Assembly (NCBI GenBank): GCA_965116925.1
Contig: OZ220744.1
Span: forward strand, 4,992,001-5,056,000
DNA length: 64,000 nt
Source: Candidatus Poribacteria bacterium
GTDB lineage: Bacteria; Poribacteria; WGA-4E; PCPOR2b
Reading direction: 5' to 3'
Within the stretch, counting starts at the first letter, position 1; every line of letters starts with the position of its first letter. The notes under the pieces were generated by a model. That model made no database searches and had not been told where the DNA came from. It worked only from the letters and a program-made list of their open reading frames with translations. A program made the position numbers and the translations under genes. Positions 1-8,884 of the stretch are shown one piece after another.

Positions 1-942
1 ACCTCTGATTCACTGTACGTCCTGTGCGAAAATAACTTGGAGCAGATTGAATCACATATTACAGAGCTCGATCCCCGTATGGTTGTTATTGATTCGATTC
101 AAGCGGTCTACCTCCCCGGCTTACAATCTGCTCCGGGTAGCGTCGCCCAGGTTCGCGAGAGCGCAGCACAACTGTTGGTTATTGCTAAAAGTAAGAATAT
201 CCCCATCGTCCTTGTTGGGCATGTGACTAAAGAGGGTTCTCTGGCAGGTCCCCGTGTTTTAGAACACATGGTTGATACGGTTCTCTATTTTGAGGGTGAG
301 AAGCAACATATCTACCGCATTCTGCGGTCTGTGAAGAACCGATTTGGTTCGACCAACGAAATCGGAATCTTCGAGATGTTAAGCCGAGGTCTTGTCGAGG
401 TTAAGAATCCATCAGAGTTGTTTATCAGTGAGCGACAGGAGAATACCTCTGGATCAGTAGTGGTGTCGAGCATTGAGGGCACCCGTCCGTTACTGCTGGA
501 GCTGCAAGCGTTGGTTTCTCCTGCAAACTTTGGTTTTCCCCGCAACACGGCAGCGGGGGTAGATCGCCAACGAATTGCGCTGTTGATAGCAGTCCTACAG
601 AAGAGAATCGGGCTTGACATCGGTGATTCGGATGTATTTGTCAATATTACAGGTGGGATGCGCGTTGATGAGCCCGGTATTGACTTGGGTGCCGCTATCG
701 CGATAACATCGAGTCACCGAGATATCGCAATTGATCCGCGGACTGTCGTCATGGGCGAGGTCGGTCTAGGCGGAGAAGTTCGTGCCGTTGCACATATTGA
801 GAAGCGGCTACTAGAAGCTGCAAAGTTAGGTTTTAATCGCGCGGTGTTCCCCGAGTCCAATCGTAAAGGCTTAGAATTAAAGGAAGATATTGAATTGGTT
901 GGTGTCAAAGATCTTTACGGTGCACTAAGTGCACTACTATGA
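1..942 (+). CDS. radA: DNA repair protein RadA/Sms (5'-partial; frame open from base 1)
   Basis: VVIDSIQ Walker B, GHVTKEG, GPRVLEHMVDTV, KNRFG signature and Lon-like C-terminal domain. Confidence 0.97.
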   Translation, partial: TSDSLYVLCENNLEQIESHITELDPRMVVIDSIQAVYLPGLQSAPGSVAQVRESAAQLLVIAKSKNIPIVLVGHVTKEGSLAGPRVLEHMVDTVLYFEGEKQHIYRILRSVKNRFGSTNEIGIFEMLSRGLVEVKNPSELFISERQENTSGSVVVSSIEGTRPLLLELQALVSPANFGFPRNTAAGVDRQRIALLIAVLQKRIGLDIGDSDVFVNITGGMRVDEPGIDLGAAIAITSSHRDIAIDPRTVVMGEVGLGGEVRAVAHIEKRLLEAAKLGFNRAVFPESNRKGLELKEDIELVGVKDLYGALSALL

Positions 943-1016
943 GAAAGGAGGCGTTGCGAACTGTCAATATGATGTTTGAGTTATCCACATACTAGATGTA
1001 CTATTAAAGAAAGGGG

Positions 1017-2066
1017 GTGGCTCGGGTGCAAATTTGGATTATCCGCATCGTTTTTACATTGTTTGGTGCAGCGTTGGGATTTATCATCGGTGATGCCACA
1101 GGAGGTGTTATCGGTTTTTTTGCTACTATCATTCTGGTCGGAATTGAATTCTCAATTCCGCGCCCGCTACTACGGGATTTTTTCGCCTGCTTCGCTGGAC
1201 TGACATTCGGTTTGATTGTGGCCGGTCTTATCATTTATATTATTCGAGCAACAACTGGCGCAATTAGCCCGGCACTGACGGGAGGCATTGTTCTTTCATG
1301 TGCTTATGCGGGGACAATGATTGTCTATCGCAGGCGAGATGCGTTTGCCCTGTTTTCCCTCACAACACACGGTATACAATCCAAGTCTCCAACAATTAAG
1401 GTCTTGGATACGAGTGTGATTATTGATGGACGGATTTTGGATATCTGCCAAACAGGATTTATTGATGGCGTGTTTGTGATTCCCCGATTTGTCTTAAATG
1501 AATTGCAACACATCGCGGATTCTTCCGATCTACTTCGTCGCAACAAAGGACGGCGTGGCTTCGAGATTTTACGTTTGATGCAAAACAATCCGGACATCGA
1601 TGTTGAGGTAACAGAAGAAGATTTTCCCGAAGTGCCAGAAGTGGACGCTAAGTTAATCCATCTCGCTCAAGAAATAGGGGCGAAAATTATTACCAATGAT
1701 TTTAACTTGAATAAGGTGGCTGAACTTCAGGGGGTAACGGTGCTCAACATCAACGAACTTGCGAATTCTGTTCGTCCGGTCGTCGTTGCTGGTGAGGTTA
1801 TTCAGGTACGTGTTCTTCGTGAAGGAAAAGAACCGAACCAAGGGGTTGGCTATCTTGATGACGGGACAATGGTCATTGTTGAGTATGGTCGGCAATATGT
1901 TGGACAGACAATTGATGCGATTGTTACTCAAACATTGCAGACAACCGCTGGTCGGATGATTTTTACGCGTACGAAAACTGATGAAATGGACACTGATGAA
2001 CCAGAGGACGTGCGTTCTTATTCCCGCAGCTGGCCGCGGAAGCCGGATGGGTCATCATCGTACTAG
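1017..2066 (+). CDS. PIN/TRAM domain membrane protein (YacL-like)
   Basis: N-terminal TM helices, VLDTSVIIDGRI PIN motif, GKEPNQGVGYLDDGTMVIVE TRAM motif; usual radA-yacL-ispD order. Confidence 0.93.
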   Translation: MARVQIWIIRIVFTLFGAALGFIIGDATGGVIGFFATIILVGIEFSIPRPLLRDFFACFAGLTFGLIVAGLIIYIIRATTGAISPALTGGIVLSCAYAGTMIVYRRRDAFALFSLTTHGIQSKSPTIKVLDTSVIIDGRILDICQTGFIDGVFVIPRFVLNELQHIADSSDLLRRNKGRRGFEILRLMQNNPDIDVEVTEEDFPEVPEVDAKLIHLAQEIGAKIITNDFNLNKVAELQGVTVLNINELANSVRPVVVAGEVIQVRVLREGKEPNQGVGYLDDGTMVIVEYGRQYVGQTIDAIVTQTLQTTAGRMIFTRTKTDEMDTDEPEDVRSYSRSWPRKPDGSSSY

Positions 2067-2691
2067 GAAGCCGTACATAGAACTTCTTGACAAGCCGATC
2101 CTTTCGCATACGATCGGCGTATTTGATCAAAGTACTGTTGTCGATGCTATCTTTGTGATTGTTGATGAAATGGATTTTGATGCTTGCCGATCTGCTGTCA
2201 TCGAACCGTACGACTTCCAAAAGGTTGCTGGGCTAGTCCCCGGTGGCAAAACGCGCCAAGATTCTGTCTTTAACGGCTTGAAAGTGCTGCCGGAGGATAC
2301 GGATTTCGTTGTCGTGCATGATGGAGTTCGTCCTTTTGTGACCGATGAAGTGATTTTTACCTGTCTCGAAGCGGCAGCAGATTGGGGCGCCGCAGTCGCC
2401 GCAGTCCTTGTCAAAGATACCATCAAAATCACCGATAAGGACGGATTTGTCGTCGAGACACCGGATCGGAGCCAACTTTGGGCGGTACAGACACCGCAGG
2501 TATTTCGGAGGGATGTATTGATCGAAGCCCACCGACATGCCCAGCGCAAACAGATCCAGTTGACTGATGACGCAGCGCTAGTCGAGCAGCTGGGGCTTAA
2601 AGTAAAGTGTGTCATGGGTAGCTATGGCAATCTGAAGATCACGACGCCGGAAGATCTGATTATTGCTGAAGCGCTGATGAGTGAGGGTTGA
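1996..2691 (+). CDS. ispD: 2-C-methyl-D-erythritol 4-phosphate cytidylyltransferase
   Basis: IPAAGRGSRMG, GGKTRQDSV, VHDGVRP, QTPQVF, TDDA, NLKITTPEDL; start 1996 or 1981; TGA stop lies inside the IS end. Confidence 0.96.
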   Translation: MNQRTCVLIPAAGRGSRMGHHRTRKPYIELLDKPILSHTIGVFDQSTVVDAIFVIVDEMDFDACRSAVIEPYDFQKVAGLVPGGKTRQDSVFNGLKVLPEDTDFVVVHDGVRPFVTDEVIFTCLEAAADWGAAVAAVLVKDTIKITDKDGFVVETPDRSQLWAVQTPQVFRRDVLIEAHRHAQRKQIQLTDDAALVEQLGLKVKCVMGSYGNLKITTPEDLIIAEALMSEG

Positions 2692-2825
2692 CATACTCCC
2701 AAACCTAAAGGCTTGGGCTTCTCACCCGTTCCGTTAGGTGTGGAATTGCGCTATCAACAAGGACAGCTATCCGAAGATAGTCTTATGTCCTCTCCTTCGG
2801 GGGTAGATGCCCCTACCCTAAAGAT
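2688..2825 (-). ncRNA. Probable TnpB omega/reRNA scaffold of element 1 (5' limit approximate)
   Basis: Stacked hairpins over the tnpB 3' end and right end (GGGTAG/CTACCC, AGGACA/TGTCCT enclosing CTATC-TTCG-GATAG, terminal hairpin); position as known for IS605 TnpB. Confidence 0.6.
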
Positions 2826-3890
2826 ATTCATTGCAGCGTTACGGTCTCTGTCATGCACTGTGCCACAATCGTTGCATTGCCATTGTCTATCACGCAGATT
2901 CAACGTTTCATTGGTAGTGCCACAAGTTGAACAAGTTTTACTGGAGGGATACCACTTGTCTATGAACTTGATTTTAACGCCTTTTCTCTTGGCGATATAC
3001 ACCAGCTTCTTGACGAAATCGGCAAAGCCTAAGTCAGACACTTTACGTCCCCAAAGGGATTTCATGCCTTGTAGATTCAAGTCCTCAAGCCGTATCTCGT
3101 CGTATATGTCAGTCAGTTCATGGGCTAACTTCCAGTGGAAATCCTCACGTTGGCGTTCAATCTTGCGGTGCTTCCGTGCCAAGTCAAGCCGTGCACGTTC
3201 ACGATTGTTTGATTTCTGTTTAGTCCGTGAATGTTTACGATTGGCACGTTTGATAGCATTGATACTACGTTTGAAAAACTGTGGTGAGTCTATATCATGT
3301 CCATTATGACCGGTGAGATACCGTTTGAGACCGAAATCGAAGCCTGCGATTTTACCCGTCATGGCTCGATTCAAGTCAGGTTCTACATGGTCAGTTAAGA
3401 CACAGATATAGATATCTCCAACTTTATCCCGTTTGATAGTGCAGCGTTTCGGATTGCCAAACACATCACGGGATTTGAAATAGGAGTAGATACGTTTTCC
3501 TATCTTGATGCGATTGCCCGGCAGCAGTTGCCAACCTGCCTGAAGCAATGTGAAGGATTTATACTTGCGACGGGGCTTGAAACGAGGTCTGCCCCATCTC
3601 TTGCCTGAAGCACGCGCTGCAAACATGGCACGGTAGCCTTTGTCAATCCGTGCTGCTACGTCTTGTATCGCTTGACTGGGGAGTTGATTCCAATGGGCAA
3701 ATCGGTGGGTTCGCTTCAGTTTGGAGATATGGTTTATCAACCTGAACTTGCTGATATATTTGCCATAGATAGCGTAGTAGCGACGCTGAAGGGCAACACA
3801 GTGATTCCAGACGTGAGCATGACCATCTATCGTCTTATGCAACTCACGATTGCCGTGATTGGAATACAACTTGAACTTATAAGTTTTCAT
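2754..3890 (-). CDS. tnpB: RNA-guided endonuclease TnpB
   Basis: KTYKFKLY N-terminus, RuvC residues GFDFG / LEDL / RDRNAA, CxxC...CxxC zinc finger. Confidence 0.95.
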   Translation of the reverse strand: MKTYKFKLYSNHGNRELHKTIDGHAHVWNHCVALQRRYYAIYGKYISKFRLINHISKLKRTHRFAHWNQLPSQAIQDVAARIDKGYRAMFAARASGKRWGRPRFKPRRKYKSFTLLQAGWQLLPGNRIKIGKRIYSYFKSRDVFGNPKRCTIKRDKVGDIYICVLTDHVEPDLNRAMTGKIAGFDFGLKRYLTGHNGHDIDSPQFFKRSINAIKRANRKHSRTKQKSNNRERARLDLARKHRKIERQREDFHWKLAHELTDIYDEIRLEDLNLQGMKSLWGRKVSDLGFADFVKKLVYIAKRKGVKIKFIDKWYPSSKTCSTCGTTNETLNLRDRQWQCNDCGTVHDRDRNAAMNIFRVGASTPEGEDIRLSSDSCPC

Positions 3891-3897
3891 CGGAGAC

Positions 3898-3979
3898 TAG
3901 CTTTCTGGCTTTCATTTCCTGTGTGAAGGAATGTGGGAAACACCACCGGGCGGTGGCGTCATACCTTCCCACGAAAGCC
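3898..3979 (-). ncRNA. Conserved structured 5' leader of tnpB, copy 1
   Basis: GGCTTTC...GAAAGCCAGAAAGCTA frame with internal helices that covary with 27696-27780. Confidence 0.65.
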
Positions 3980-3985
3980 GAGACA

Positions 3986-4014
3986 AGTATACCACTTTTG
4001 ACCTACAAAATCAA
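3986..4014 (-). promoter_or_regulatory. Sigma70-type promoter for tnpB of element 1
   Basis: TTGATT-17 nt-TATACT with TG extension, 6 nt before the leader. Confidence 0.7.
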
Positions 4015-4094
4015 TGAGAAATCACGCTAAAGCGTGTGTATCCCAAATCTAAAGATTGGGGTTTTACACCTAAAGGATTTTTTGATAAACTACC

Positions 4095-4568
4095 ATGCGT
4101 GTAGGAATTGGTTACGATGTTCACCGATTGGGGGAAAATCGTAAATTGATACTCGGCGGGGTCACAATCCCATACGAGTTGGGGTTGATTGGACACTCCG
4201 ATGCAGATGTACTGACCCATGCCATTTGTGATGCAATACTAGGGGCAGCAGGGCTGGGTGATATTGGTCAACATTTTCCCGATACGGATGCGGCATATGC
4301 CGGAATTGATAGCTTAATCTTGCTCGGCAGAGTGAGGACATTGATTTCTGCAGATTACGCTATTGAGAACGTGGACAGCACAGTGATCATGCAACGCCCA
4401 AAATTGGCGGCTTATATTCCTTCGATGCGCCAACGCCTTGCCGAGACACTAGGGATTCCAAGCAATCGGGTAAATGTCAAGGCGACAACTTCGGAAAGAC
4501 TCGGTTTCATTGGCGAAGGAAAGGCCGCTGCCGCTGAAGCTGTTGTTTGTCTTCGTGAATTAAGGTAG
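4095..4568 (+). CDS. ispF: 2-C-methyl-D-erythritol 2,4-cyclodiphosphate synthase
   Basis: [36 protein letters not shown]. Confidence 0.97.
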   Translation: MRVGIGYDVHRLGENRKLILGGVTIPYELGLIGHSDADVLTHAICDAILGAAGLGDIGQHFPDTDAAYAGIDSLILLGRVRTLISADYAIENVDSTVIMQRPKLAAYIPSMRQRLAETLGIPSNRVNVKATTSERLGFIGEGKAAAAEAVVCLRELR

Positions 4569-4629
4569 GTGTTACTGAATAACACCTCGGTGCCCGATTG
4601 GATCGGGACCTAAATTAGAAAGAAAACTG

Positions 4630-6084
4630 ATGGCATTAAAGATTTATAATTCTCTCACAAGGCAGTTGGAGGAATTTGTGCCGTTACGTGAGGGAGAAGT
4701 TTTGATGTACAGTTGTGGGCCCACAGTCTACGATTACTTTCATATCGGTAACGCTCGCACGTTTCTAATTTCTGATATTGTTCGTCGCTATCTCGAATAT
4801 AAGGGCTATACCGTCACGTTGGTTCAAAATCTGACGGATATTGATGATAAAATTATCAATCGTGCCAATGAGCAAGGGATTGACACCTCTGAACTTGCTC
4901 AGAAATATGTAGATGCCTATTTTGAAGACTCAAACAAGCTAGGCATCCGTGCGGCTGACGTCCATCCGAGAGCGACCGAGCATATTTCGGAGATAGTTTC
5001 CCTGATTCAGACGTTAATCGACAAGCAAGCAGCTTACGAGATCGATGGGGACGTATATTACCGCGTCAATCACTTTGCGGAGTATGGCAAGCTCTCTCAT
5101 CGCAAGCCAGAGGATTTGCTTGCCGGTGCTCGCGTCGAAGTTGATGAACGCAAGGAGGATCCGCGAGACTTCGATCTCTGGAAAAAATCAAAAGCGGAGG
5201 AACCGTGGTGGGATAGCCCTTGGGGGAAGGGCAGACCGGGTTGGCATATCGAGTGTTCCGCCATGGCGATGAAACACCTCGGTGAAACGATTGATATTCA
5301 TGCCGGTGGGCATGACCTCCAATTCCCACACCATGAAAACGAGATCGCCCAGAGCGAGGTGGCGACTGGCAAAACCTTTGCCCGATACTGGATGCATGTG
5401 GCATTTTTGCAGATTGATGGGCGACGGATGGGTAAGTCAGAAAGCAATTTCATCTTTGTCCACGATGCTGTGCAGCAATATGCACCTGAAGCAATTCGCC
5501 ATTTTCTGATTTCCGCGCAGTATCGCCATCCGTTAGACTATAACTCAACGAGCTTGACTGAATCGAGCAGTGCGGTTCGACGGTTGAATAATTGTCTGGA
5601 TGCCCTACGACGGTATCGAGACGCGGACGGGGCTGCCTCTGAGGCGTTGAACGACGCTGAAGCTGCACACTTGTCCCAATCCATCCATACGATGCGTCAC
5701 GACTTTGAATCTGCAATGGATGACGATTTCAATACCGCTGGTGCATTGGGGGCGATCTTTAAGTTCGTCGGCGAGGTGAATCAGTTTCTCACCGCAACCG
5801 AAGGTCTTTCTTCGGTTGAGAGAGAAAGCGTTTTAAGTCGAGCATACAGCAGTTTGGTTGAGGTCTGTAGTGTGCTTGGCATATACGCGGAGGCGGAAGT
5901 TGCTAGCGATGAACATGCAGCGTTGACAGAGCAACTGATGGATCTCATTTTGGAGGTGCGTCAGGACGCTAGGGAACGCAAGGATTGGGCAACGGCGGAT
6001 AAAATCCGCGATCAGCTAGAGCAACTCAACGTTGAACTTCAAGATAGTCGGGCTGGAACAACTTGGAAGATTACCAAAGGGTAG
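4630..6084 (+). CDS. cysS: Cysteine--tRNA ligase
   Basis: CGPTVY, HIGN, GRPGWHIECS, FPHHENE, DDDFNT; KMSKS appears as RMGKS. Confidence 0.97.
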   Translation: MALKIYNSLTRQLEEFVPLREGEVLMYSCGPTVYDYFHIGNARTFLISDIVRRYLEYKGYTVTLVQNLTDIDDKIINRANEQGIDTSELAQKYVDAYFEDSNKLGIRAADVHPRATEHISEIVSLIQTLIDKQAAYEIDGDVYYRVNHFAEYGKLSHRKPEDLLAGARVEVDERKEDPRDFDLWKKSKAEEPWWDSPWGKGRPGWHIECSAMAMKHLGETIDIHAGGHDLQFPHHENEIAQSEVATGKTFARYWMHVAFLQIDGRRMGKSESNFIFVHDAVQQYAPEAIRHFLISAQYRHPLDYNSTSLTESSSAVRRLNNCLDALRRYRDADGAASEALNDAEAAHLSQSIHTMRHDFESAMDDDFNTAGALGAIFKFVGEVNQFLTATEGLSSVERESVLSRAYSSLVEVCSVLGIYAEAEVASDEHAALTEQLMDLILEVRQDARERKDWATADKIRDQLEQLNVELQDSRAGTTWKITKG

Positions 6085-6197
6085 AAACTGAAAGTGATCA
6101 GGTGTGAGAGTGAGAAAGTGAGAAAAACAGGTTCCGATTTATCGGATGAGCACCTTACGCATTAAGTATTACGCACTGTTTTTTCGGGGGTATAGCG

Positions 6198-6812
6198 ATG
6201 AATCGTTATTTGGGGTTATTATCCATCTGTCTTTATTTTTTAGCAATGCTTGGTTGTGCCATTGTAGCGAAACAGGAGTGGAGCGAAAATTATGCTTCGA
6301 TAACAGGGGTAAGGGCAACGAACGCAAGGATGATTGACGGCAATATCAGAACGTTTGGGGAAACGGCGTTTCGTGAAGGTTCACAAGACAATTTCGGTCC
6401 TGCTCCCACCTCACAAGCAATCGTCATGCTCCCCGAAAGAAAGGTGATTCGCCGAGTCGTCATTCATTCGGACAATTTGAAGAAATTCACTGTATATGCG
6501 GATAAAGGGAGCGAGGATTGGCAAGTCGTCAAAGAGGTTAATAATGTCAAAACCAATCCAATTGACTTGTCAGTGAATGCACCATTCCCCACGGACAAAA
6601 TCCGTATCCGCGTGCTCGGCACAACCGACGATGCCTCACTGCGTCGGGGTCAACGGAGACGGAACTTCTGGGCGAGCGGAAATCGCCGGGCACCAGCCAA
6701 GATTTACGAAATTGAACTATACGGTTATCAGGCAGCGACAGCAGCAGATGCGGAAGAACCAATGGGATCGCAGGATCAAAGCGAAGCAGAGCTTGATCAA
6801 CTGTTGAAATAG
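6198..6812 (+). CDS. Hypothetical lipoprotein, possible discoidin/F5-8-like beta-sandwich
   Basis: Hydrophobic signal ending LGC; beta-rich pattern (IRRVVIHS, WQVV, IRIRV, IYEIELYG). Confidence 0.65.
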   Translation: MNRYLGLLSICLYFLAMLGCAIVAKQEWSENYASITGVRATNARMIDGNIRTFGETAFREGSQDNFGPAPTSQAIVMLPERKVIRRVVIHSDNLKKFTVYADKGSEDWQVVKEVNNVKTNPIDLSVNAPFPTDKIRIRVLGTTDDASLRRGQRRRNFWASGNRRAPAKIYEIELYGYQAATAADAEEPMGSQDQSEAELDQLLK

Positions 6813-6873
6813 GATTAATAGGGATGAGGGGTGATGGACAGATTATCACGCCCCATGTTCTGCGTTTTTTAAC

Positions 6874-6989
6874 TATAGTGAATTCTAAAAATCAATAGTC
6901 TTTTGTACCACAATCTGTCAGATTGTGATCCAAATCCGCAAACTAACAGTTTGCGCTACAGTGTCTAGTTAATTCTAAAATCTGCCATA
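6874..6989. mobile_element. MITE-like 'shell A' with palindrome/REP cargo
   Basis: Imperfect inverted ends TATAGTGAATTCTAAAA / TTAATTCTAAAATCTGCCATA bounded by TA; 6896-6976 matches 47165-47245 at 78 of 81 nt. Confidence 0.7.
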
Positions 6990-7004
6990 CAAAGGAGGCA
7001 AAAT

Positions 7005-7604
7005 ATGCGTTTTATAGGAGTAACTTTTCTAATACTAGGGTTAGTTTCCACGCTAGGGTGTTTGGGGCCAAGTGGTCCTCCGATACAGTGGAGTCAGAAC
7101 ATCGCTCCGTTTGCGGAGTGTCAGGATCCAAAACTGAATGATGATAACGCATTTTCAGTTGGGGAAACCTCAAGGCTCATTATTGAGAAACAGACGATGC
7201 TCACCAAGGCAGACCAAGAAGAAGAGGAGAACTTTACGCAGGCAACGCTTACATGGGCGAAACCACAAACCATTCAGCGCATCGTTGTGGTAGCAGATAA
7301 AGGGAAACTTGAATTCTTCGAGGTCCAAATTGGAGACGAATCCGGGGAATGGAAAACGATTAGAAGTGTTAAGAATCACTATCAAGACCAGTTCAAGCTA
7401 CAGTTACCGGAGCCGATTCAGACCCAAAAGTTGCGCCTAAAGGTCCCCAAAAAATGGGAATCCCGGCGTGTGGGCGGGCAGAAACGCAGAACCAGAGGCG
7501 AAGGCGGTGCAGAGGTTGACATTTTTAAGCCGATTCGCGATATTCAAGTATACTATGCCTTGCCGCCCGAAGAAACGGCAGCACAGCCCGCAACAGGACA
7601 GTAA
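7005..7604 (+). CDS. Hypothetical lipoprotein, distant paralog of 6198-6812
   Basis: AAGGAGG RBS, TLGC lipobox, WSQN vs WSEN, GET, IQRIVV, WKTI, IRDIQVY pattern. Confidence 0.65.
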   Translation: MRFIGVTFLILGLVSTLGCLGPSGPPIQWSQNIAPFAECQDPKLNDDNAFSVGETSRLIIEKQTMLTKADQEEEENFTQATLTWAKPQTIQRIVVVADKGKLEFFEVQIGDESGEWKTIRSVKNHYQDQFKLQLPEPIQTQKLRLKVPKKWESRRVGGQKRRTRGEGGAEVDIFKPIRDIQVYYALPPEETAAQPATGQ

Positions 7605-7616
7605 AATTCGTAAATT

Positions 7617-8804
7617 ATGCTATCCGCTGATACGAAAAGTCTTATTCATCTCAACCTGATTCCGGGTATCGGAAATCATACCATCCGGCGCCTGTTAGCG
7701 GCTTTTGGATCTGCGGAGAAATCGCTTGCTGCAACATCAGCGGAGTTAGCCCAGATTGATGGGTTGACTCCCGATGTTCGGCAACAGCTGATTGATGGTA
7801 GATCGCACGCTCCCCTCGCGCAGGAACTTCAACTGATCGAGCAGCATCAATGTCACATCGTCACTATCAACGACGAATCCTACCCACCCCTCCTCAAGCA
7901 GATTCACGACCCACCCGTACTGCTCTATATCATCGGCGAATTTCCTCTACAGGACACACCGAGCATCGCAATCGTTGGATCGCGCAGCCCGACTGAATAC
8001 GGCAAAACGATAAGTCAGCAACTCAGCCATCAACTCGCAGAACGCGGTATAACCGTCGTGAGCGGATTTGCCCGCGGTATTGATACCTATGTGCATCGTG
8101 GTGCCCTTGAAGCCAACGGGCGTACGGTCGCTGTGTTCGGATGTGGGTTGAGTATTATCTACCCGGAAACGAATCGGGAGCTTGCAGCGGAGATTATTAA
8201 ATCCGGTGCATTGGTTTCCGAGTTTCCAATGACGATGCCACCTCGTGGAAAAAACTTTCCCCGCCGCAATCGCGTGATTAGTGGCTTAACATTGGGCACA
8301 CTTGTTGTTGAGGCGTCCGAGCGGAGCGGCTCGCTCATCACAGCGCGCCACGCCGCCGAACAGGGACGCGAGGTGTTTGCTGTGCCGGGGCAAATCTTTT
8401 CCGGGGTGTCACGAGGCACCCATTCCCTTATCAATCAAGGGGCGACGTTGATTAATAGCGTTGATGATCTACTTGATGCGCTACCCCAAGACTACACGAA
8501 GGTCTTGGCAGGGGAATCGCTCGAACCAACCCTCCAACCGCCTTCCGCAAAACAACCCGACACAATTGCCCGCCCTCAATCGGTCGAAAAAAGATCGACA
8601 CCCACCCCTCAGCCGAAGGCGAACCTCAATCTAACTCCCGATGAACAGACTGTGTTGTCGGCAATGGATGCCGATAGCGTCCATATTGATGAGATTACGC
8701 GGGTAACGCAGCTGCCGATCGGTAAGGTTTCTTCGCTGCTGGTCATGCTTGAGTTGAAAGGGGTTGTTCAGCAGTTGCCGGGGAAGCAGTTTGTGAAGAA
8801 ATAG
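7617..8804 (+). CDS. dprA: DNA-processing protein DprA
   Basis: YPPLLKQIHDPP, AIVGSR, VSGFARGID, FPRRNRVISGL, SGSLITA, C-terminal winged helix. Confidence 0.96.
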   Translation: MLSADTKSLIHLNLIPGIGNHTIRRLLAAFGSAEKSLAATSAELAQIDGLTPDVRQQLIDGRSHAPLAQELQLIEQHQCHIVTINDESYPPLLKQIHDPPVLLYIIGEFPLQDTPSIAIVGSRSPTEYGKTISQQLSHQLAERGITVVSGFARGIDTYVHRGALEANGRTVAVFGCGLSIIYPETNRELAAEIIKSGALVSEFPMTMPPRGKNFPRRNRVISGLTLGTLVVEASERSGSLITARHAAEQGREVFAVPGQIFSGVSRGTHSLINQGATLINSVDDLLDALPQDYTKVLAGESLEPTLQPPSAKQPDTIARPQSVEKRSTPTPQPKANLNLTPDEQTVLSAMDADSVHIDEITRVTQLPIGKVSSLLVMLELKGVVQQLPGKQFVKK

Positions 8805-8822
8805 ATTTATGAGCACAAAAAG

Positions 8823-8858
8823 GCGGTATCATACCCGTAAAAAAGGGTGTGATACCGC
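8823..8858. terminator. Hairpin between convergent genes, probable terminator
   Basis: GCGGTATCATACCC / GGGTGTGATACCGC stem with an A-run on its 5' side. Confidence 0.6.
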
Positions 8859-8884
8859 AATTACTAATTGATTTTTCTTATAGA

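Larger units (their letters stand above)
2688..4084 (-). mobile_element. IS200/IS605-family tnpB-only (IS1341-like) element 1
   Basis: Related subterminal hairpins at 2698-2717 and 4042-4060; TTTAT target (minus strand, 4085-4089) abuts the left end; right end finishes TCAA; no tnpA; excision restores GGA-TAA for ispD. Confidence 0.9.
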
